This document shows, in pieces, positions 7,686 to 10,048 of a stretch of DNA of 10,048 nt; the stretch's first letter is position 1; every line of letters starts with the position of its first letter. The notes under the pieces are model-generated. The model was not told the origin of the DNA. It worked only from the letters and a program-made list of their open reading frames with translations, and did not search any database. Source of the stretch: an uncultured archaeon (lineage in GTDB: Archaea > Asgardarchaeota > Lokiarchaeia > Sigyniarchaeales > SOKP01); contig CAZGJX010000128.1 of the NCBI GenBank assembly GCA_964525635.1, forward strand, positions 1 through 10,048. The letters run 5' to 3'. The position numbers were made by a program, and so were the translations under genes.

Positions 7686-7937
7686 TTATTCTTTTTTTTT
7701 AGGATCAATCCATTCTGAATAAATTTCTGTGATTATTTGCTTTAAATTTTTACAATTAGGACATGATTCTTCATTTAATTTCTTAAAAGTATAATCTCCT
7801 GGCTTGAAAGGACGAGAGTATTTATTCTGGCAATTTTTACATTTTATTACTGTATTAACTTTTTGTACAAACCGTTCTTTTCTATCTAATATATCTCCTA
7901 TACAAGGAATTGGTGGAAGTTGAGGTTCTTCACTCAT
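7686..7937 (-). CDS. Small archaeal zinc-ribbon protein
   Basis: CKNC...RPFKPGDYTFK...CPNC...ITEIYSE: two CxxC pairs around an R-x-F-x-x-GDY-x-FK segment that I recall from small archaeal hypothetical proteins. Confidence 0.8.
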   Translation of the reverse strand: MSEEPQLPPIPCIGDILDRKERFVQKVNTVIKCKNCQNKYSRPFKPGDYTFKKLNEESCPNCKNLKQIITEIYSEWIDPKKKE

Positions 7938-8096
7938 TTTAAATCAATTGAAAATATCTATACTTAGGTATTATAATGAAAAATGAATTAATATTTTTAT
8001 GGTTGAGTTTTTTAAATAAATTCTTCAAAAGGGAAGATTATTCTTTTTTATAACTATTTTTCATTTTTAGTTTGAAATTTTCTAAATTTAAAATTT

Positions 8097-8239
8097 AAAT
8101 ACTTAAATTTTTTACCAGATCTATTTAAATAGGGCTTAATGAATCTATTCATTAAAATATAATTTTAAATAGTAATATGATCAATCTTATATTATTAAGA
8201 TTTGCCAATATTTTTAATAAAACAAAAGTTATTTAAAAA
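8097..8239 (+). repeat. Duplicated ~143-bp upstream/promoter region, copy 1
   Basis: Aligns with 9522-9663; 53 of the first 61 nt are identical by manual alignment. Both copies contain two TTTAAATAG boxes and end in AAAAAATG at a zinc-ribbon gene. Confidence 0.9.
8192..8220. promoter_or_regulatory. Imperfect palindromic operator candidate, copy 1
   Basis: TTATTAAGATTT-GCCAA-TATTTTTAATAA (9/12 symmetric), ~28 nt after the start of TTTAAATAG at 8164. Homologous to the perfect palindrome at 9617-9645. Confidence 0.45.
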
Positions 8240-8794
8240 ATGTTTTGCTTCAATTGTGGTAAAGAAATAAGAGGTTCTAATCAAAATTATTGTATTAATT
8301 GTGGAATTGATCTTCAAAATGTATCAAAAATACAATTAAAAAACAACACTAATAATATACAACAAAATACTAATTTAATAATAAAAAATCCACGAGATTT
8401 TCCTATTCCTTCAATTTCAGAAAAAGAAAGTAAAAATATAGGGCGAAATTCAAATAAATGTTTTTTATTATCACTTATATCATTCTCATTATCTAGTTTT
8501 ACTCTTTTGATACTTGTTGATTATTATTCTGGTGGTACTATCGGTAATTTTCTTCCTAATAATAGAGGTATTTTGTTTTTATTTTATGCATTTTTAATTC
8601 ATATTGTAGGATTTATATTAGGAATTATCAGTTTAGTTAATAGTAAGAAAGCAAGTTTGAGAGAAGATAATAATGCTTATAGAACAATAGGGATTATAAT
8701 TGCAATTATTAGCATGATACTTTGTATAGTAGGACTTGTATATCGTTTCTATCCAATTTACTTAAATGATATCAGTTATTCGAGTTGTGGATAA
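8240..8794 (+). CDS. Zinc-ribbon domain membrane protein (N-terminal CxxC...CxxC, Asn/Gln-rich linker, 3 predicted TM helices)
   Basis: MFCFNCGKEI...NYCINCG, then a low-complexity linker and three hydrophobic segments (CFLLSLISF..., GILFLFYAFLIHIVGFILGIISLV, TIGIIIAIISMILCIVGLV). Confidence 0.88.
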   Translation: MFCFNCGKEIRGSNQNYCINCGIDLQNVSKIQLKNNTNNIQQNTNLIIKNPRDFPIPSISEKESKNIGRNSNKCFLLSLISFSLSSFTLLILVDYYSGGTIGNFLPNNRGILFLFYAFLIHIVGFILGIISLVNSKKASLREDNNAYRTIGIIIAIISMILCIVGLVYRFYPIYLNDISYSSCG

Positions 8795-8858
8795 TAATAA
8801 TATTTTTATTAAAATTATAAAAATAAAATATAAAAATAAATAGATGATTAATTTGATA

Positions 8859-9404
8859 ATGTATTGCTCAAGTTGTGGAGAGGAAATAAAAGCTTTAAAT
8901 CAGAAATTTTGTAGTAATTGTGGAATTGAAATTAATATTAAAAATATTAATTTTCAAAATCAAATAAGAAGTAATCCCAGGTTAACACAGAATAATATGA
9001 GGGGAAAATTCAGCCGCTCCAATCAATTTATAAAAAATAATCAACAAAATTTATATCAACCACAATCTTCAACTAAGTTTTTGATTTTTCCATTATTATC
9101 CTTTTTTTTCCCTATAATTACATTTATCGTGGGAGGGATATATGTCTTCAATGTTTTCTGGTTTGACCCTTTCGGTGAACTTTTTTATATATTTCCCACT
9201 TTTAATTCTATGTTAGCTAAAATGATATTTTTAATGAATCTATTAGGATTAATATTTGGAATAAAATCTCAAAAATATCCTCCAGACAATTTTAGTGAAA
9301 GATGTGGAAAAATAATAGGAAAATTCGGTATTATTATTAACGCAATAGCACTTGCTTCATTCTTTTTAAATATCTTACAAATCCGGACTTATTTATACTT
9401 CTGA
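8859..9404 (+). CDS. Zinc-ribbon domain membrane protein, paralog 2
   Basis: MYCSSCGEEI...KFCSNCG, N/Q-rich linker and three hydrophobic segments. The ORF track starts at 8844; ATG 8859 is preferred because the paralogs begin M-[YF]-C. Ends in TGA. Confidence 0.88.
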   Translation: MYCSSCGEEIKALNQKFCSNCGIEINIKNINFQNQIRSNPRLTQNNMRGKFSRSNQFIKNNQQNLYQPQSSTKFLIFPLLSFFFPIITFIVGGIYVFNVFWFDPFGELFYIFPTFNSMLAKMIFLMNLLGLIFGIKSQKYPPDNFSERCGKIIGKFGIIINAIALASFFLNILQIRTYLYF

Positions 9405-9476
9405 GCATAATAATTGAATAATTAACAATTATAATTAAATAGTTAAAAATTGAGAATAAAAAAGAGGTTGATAATA

Positions 9477-9557
9477 ATATATTGTGAAAAATGTGGAGAA
9501 ATAATAGATCGTACTAATAGAAAATACTTAAATTTTTCACCAGATTCATTTAAATAG
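9477..9557 (+). pseudogene. Truncated zinc-ribbon paralog remnant
   Basis: After SD-like GAGGTTGA (9464-9471) the frame reads ATA TAT TGT GAA AAA TGT GGA GAA ATA = (I/M)YCEKCGEIIDRTNRKY, matching the paralog N-termini. It then runs into the duplicated promoter and stops at TAG 9555-9557, before the second CxxC. Confidence 0.75.
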
Positions 9558-9663
9558 GGGCTAACAAATCTATCCATTAAAAGATACATTTAAATAGTAA
9601 ATCAATCAATTATATCTTATTAAGATTTACCGAAAATCTTAATAAAAAAAAGGTGAATAAAAA
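9522..9663 (+). repeat. Duplicated upstream/promoter region, copy 2
   Basis: Direct imperfect repeat of 8097-8239; includes SD-like AGGTGA before ATG 9664. Confidence 0.9.
9617..9645. promoter_or_regulatory. Perfect 12-bp inverted repeat, operator candidate, copy 2
   Basis: TTATTAAGATTT-ACCGA-AAATCTTAATAA lies between the TATA-like TTTAAATAG and the start codon. Confidence 0.55.
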
Positions 9664-10048
9664 ATGTATTGCTCCTATTGTGGTAAAGAAATAAGAAATC
9701 CTAATCAATCATATTGTAGTGATTGTGGAAGTGAAATTCAAATCAATCATATTAATTTTCAAAATCAAACAAGAACTAATTCACAGATAACTCAAAATAG
9801 TATAAAGGAAAAAATTAACTTTTCTGATCAATATATAATAAAAAATCAATCAAAATTATATCCACCACAGTCTTCATTAAGATATTTGATTCTTCCATTA
9901 GTTTCATTTATTCTTCCTATAATTATATTTATCATAGTAGCAGGCTTTTATATCAACGATGATATTTATTATAGCCCCATTGGTTATCTTTTTTCTATAC
10001 ATCCTTCTTTCAATTCAATTTTAGTTAAAATGTTAGCTTTGATGAATT
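9664..10048 (+). CDS. Zinc-ribbon domain membrane protein, paralog 3 (3' truncated by window edge; absent from ORF track)
   Basis: Open frame MYCSYCGKEIRNPNQSYCSDCGSEIQINHINFQNQTRTN...PQSSLRYLILPLVSFILPII...FNSILVKMLALMN to the window end, colinear with paralog 2. Confidence 0.9.
   Translation, partial: MYCSYCGKEIRNPNQSYCSDCGSEIQINHINFQNQTRTNSQITQNSIKEKINFSDQYIIKNQSKLYPPQSSLRYLILPLVSFILPIIIFIIVAGFYINDDIYYSPIGYLFSIHPSFNSILVKMLALMN

Overview
A very AT-rich archaeal-type window. The gene content (expanded LRR proteins, zinc-ribbon membrane paralogs, split acyl-CoA mutase, TATA-type promoters) suggests Asgard/Lokiarchaeia, which is inference only. Left to right: two LRR genes; a 227-codon frame interrupted by two in-frame TGA codons (2591-3274); an MSMEG_0568/NitD-family radical SAM gene without its usual cluster partners; a ~200-nt GC-enriched, highly structured unannotated RNA candidate with its own TATA box (about 4760-4965); a two-subunit B12-dependent acyl-CoA mutase with isobutyryl-CoA mutase specificity residues; two minus-strand hypothetical genes; and a tandem array of zinc-ribbon membrane protein paralogs with a duplicated promoter/operator, a truncated remnant and an apparent chimera. 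The structured RNA upstream of the mutase genes is the most interesting element.
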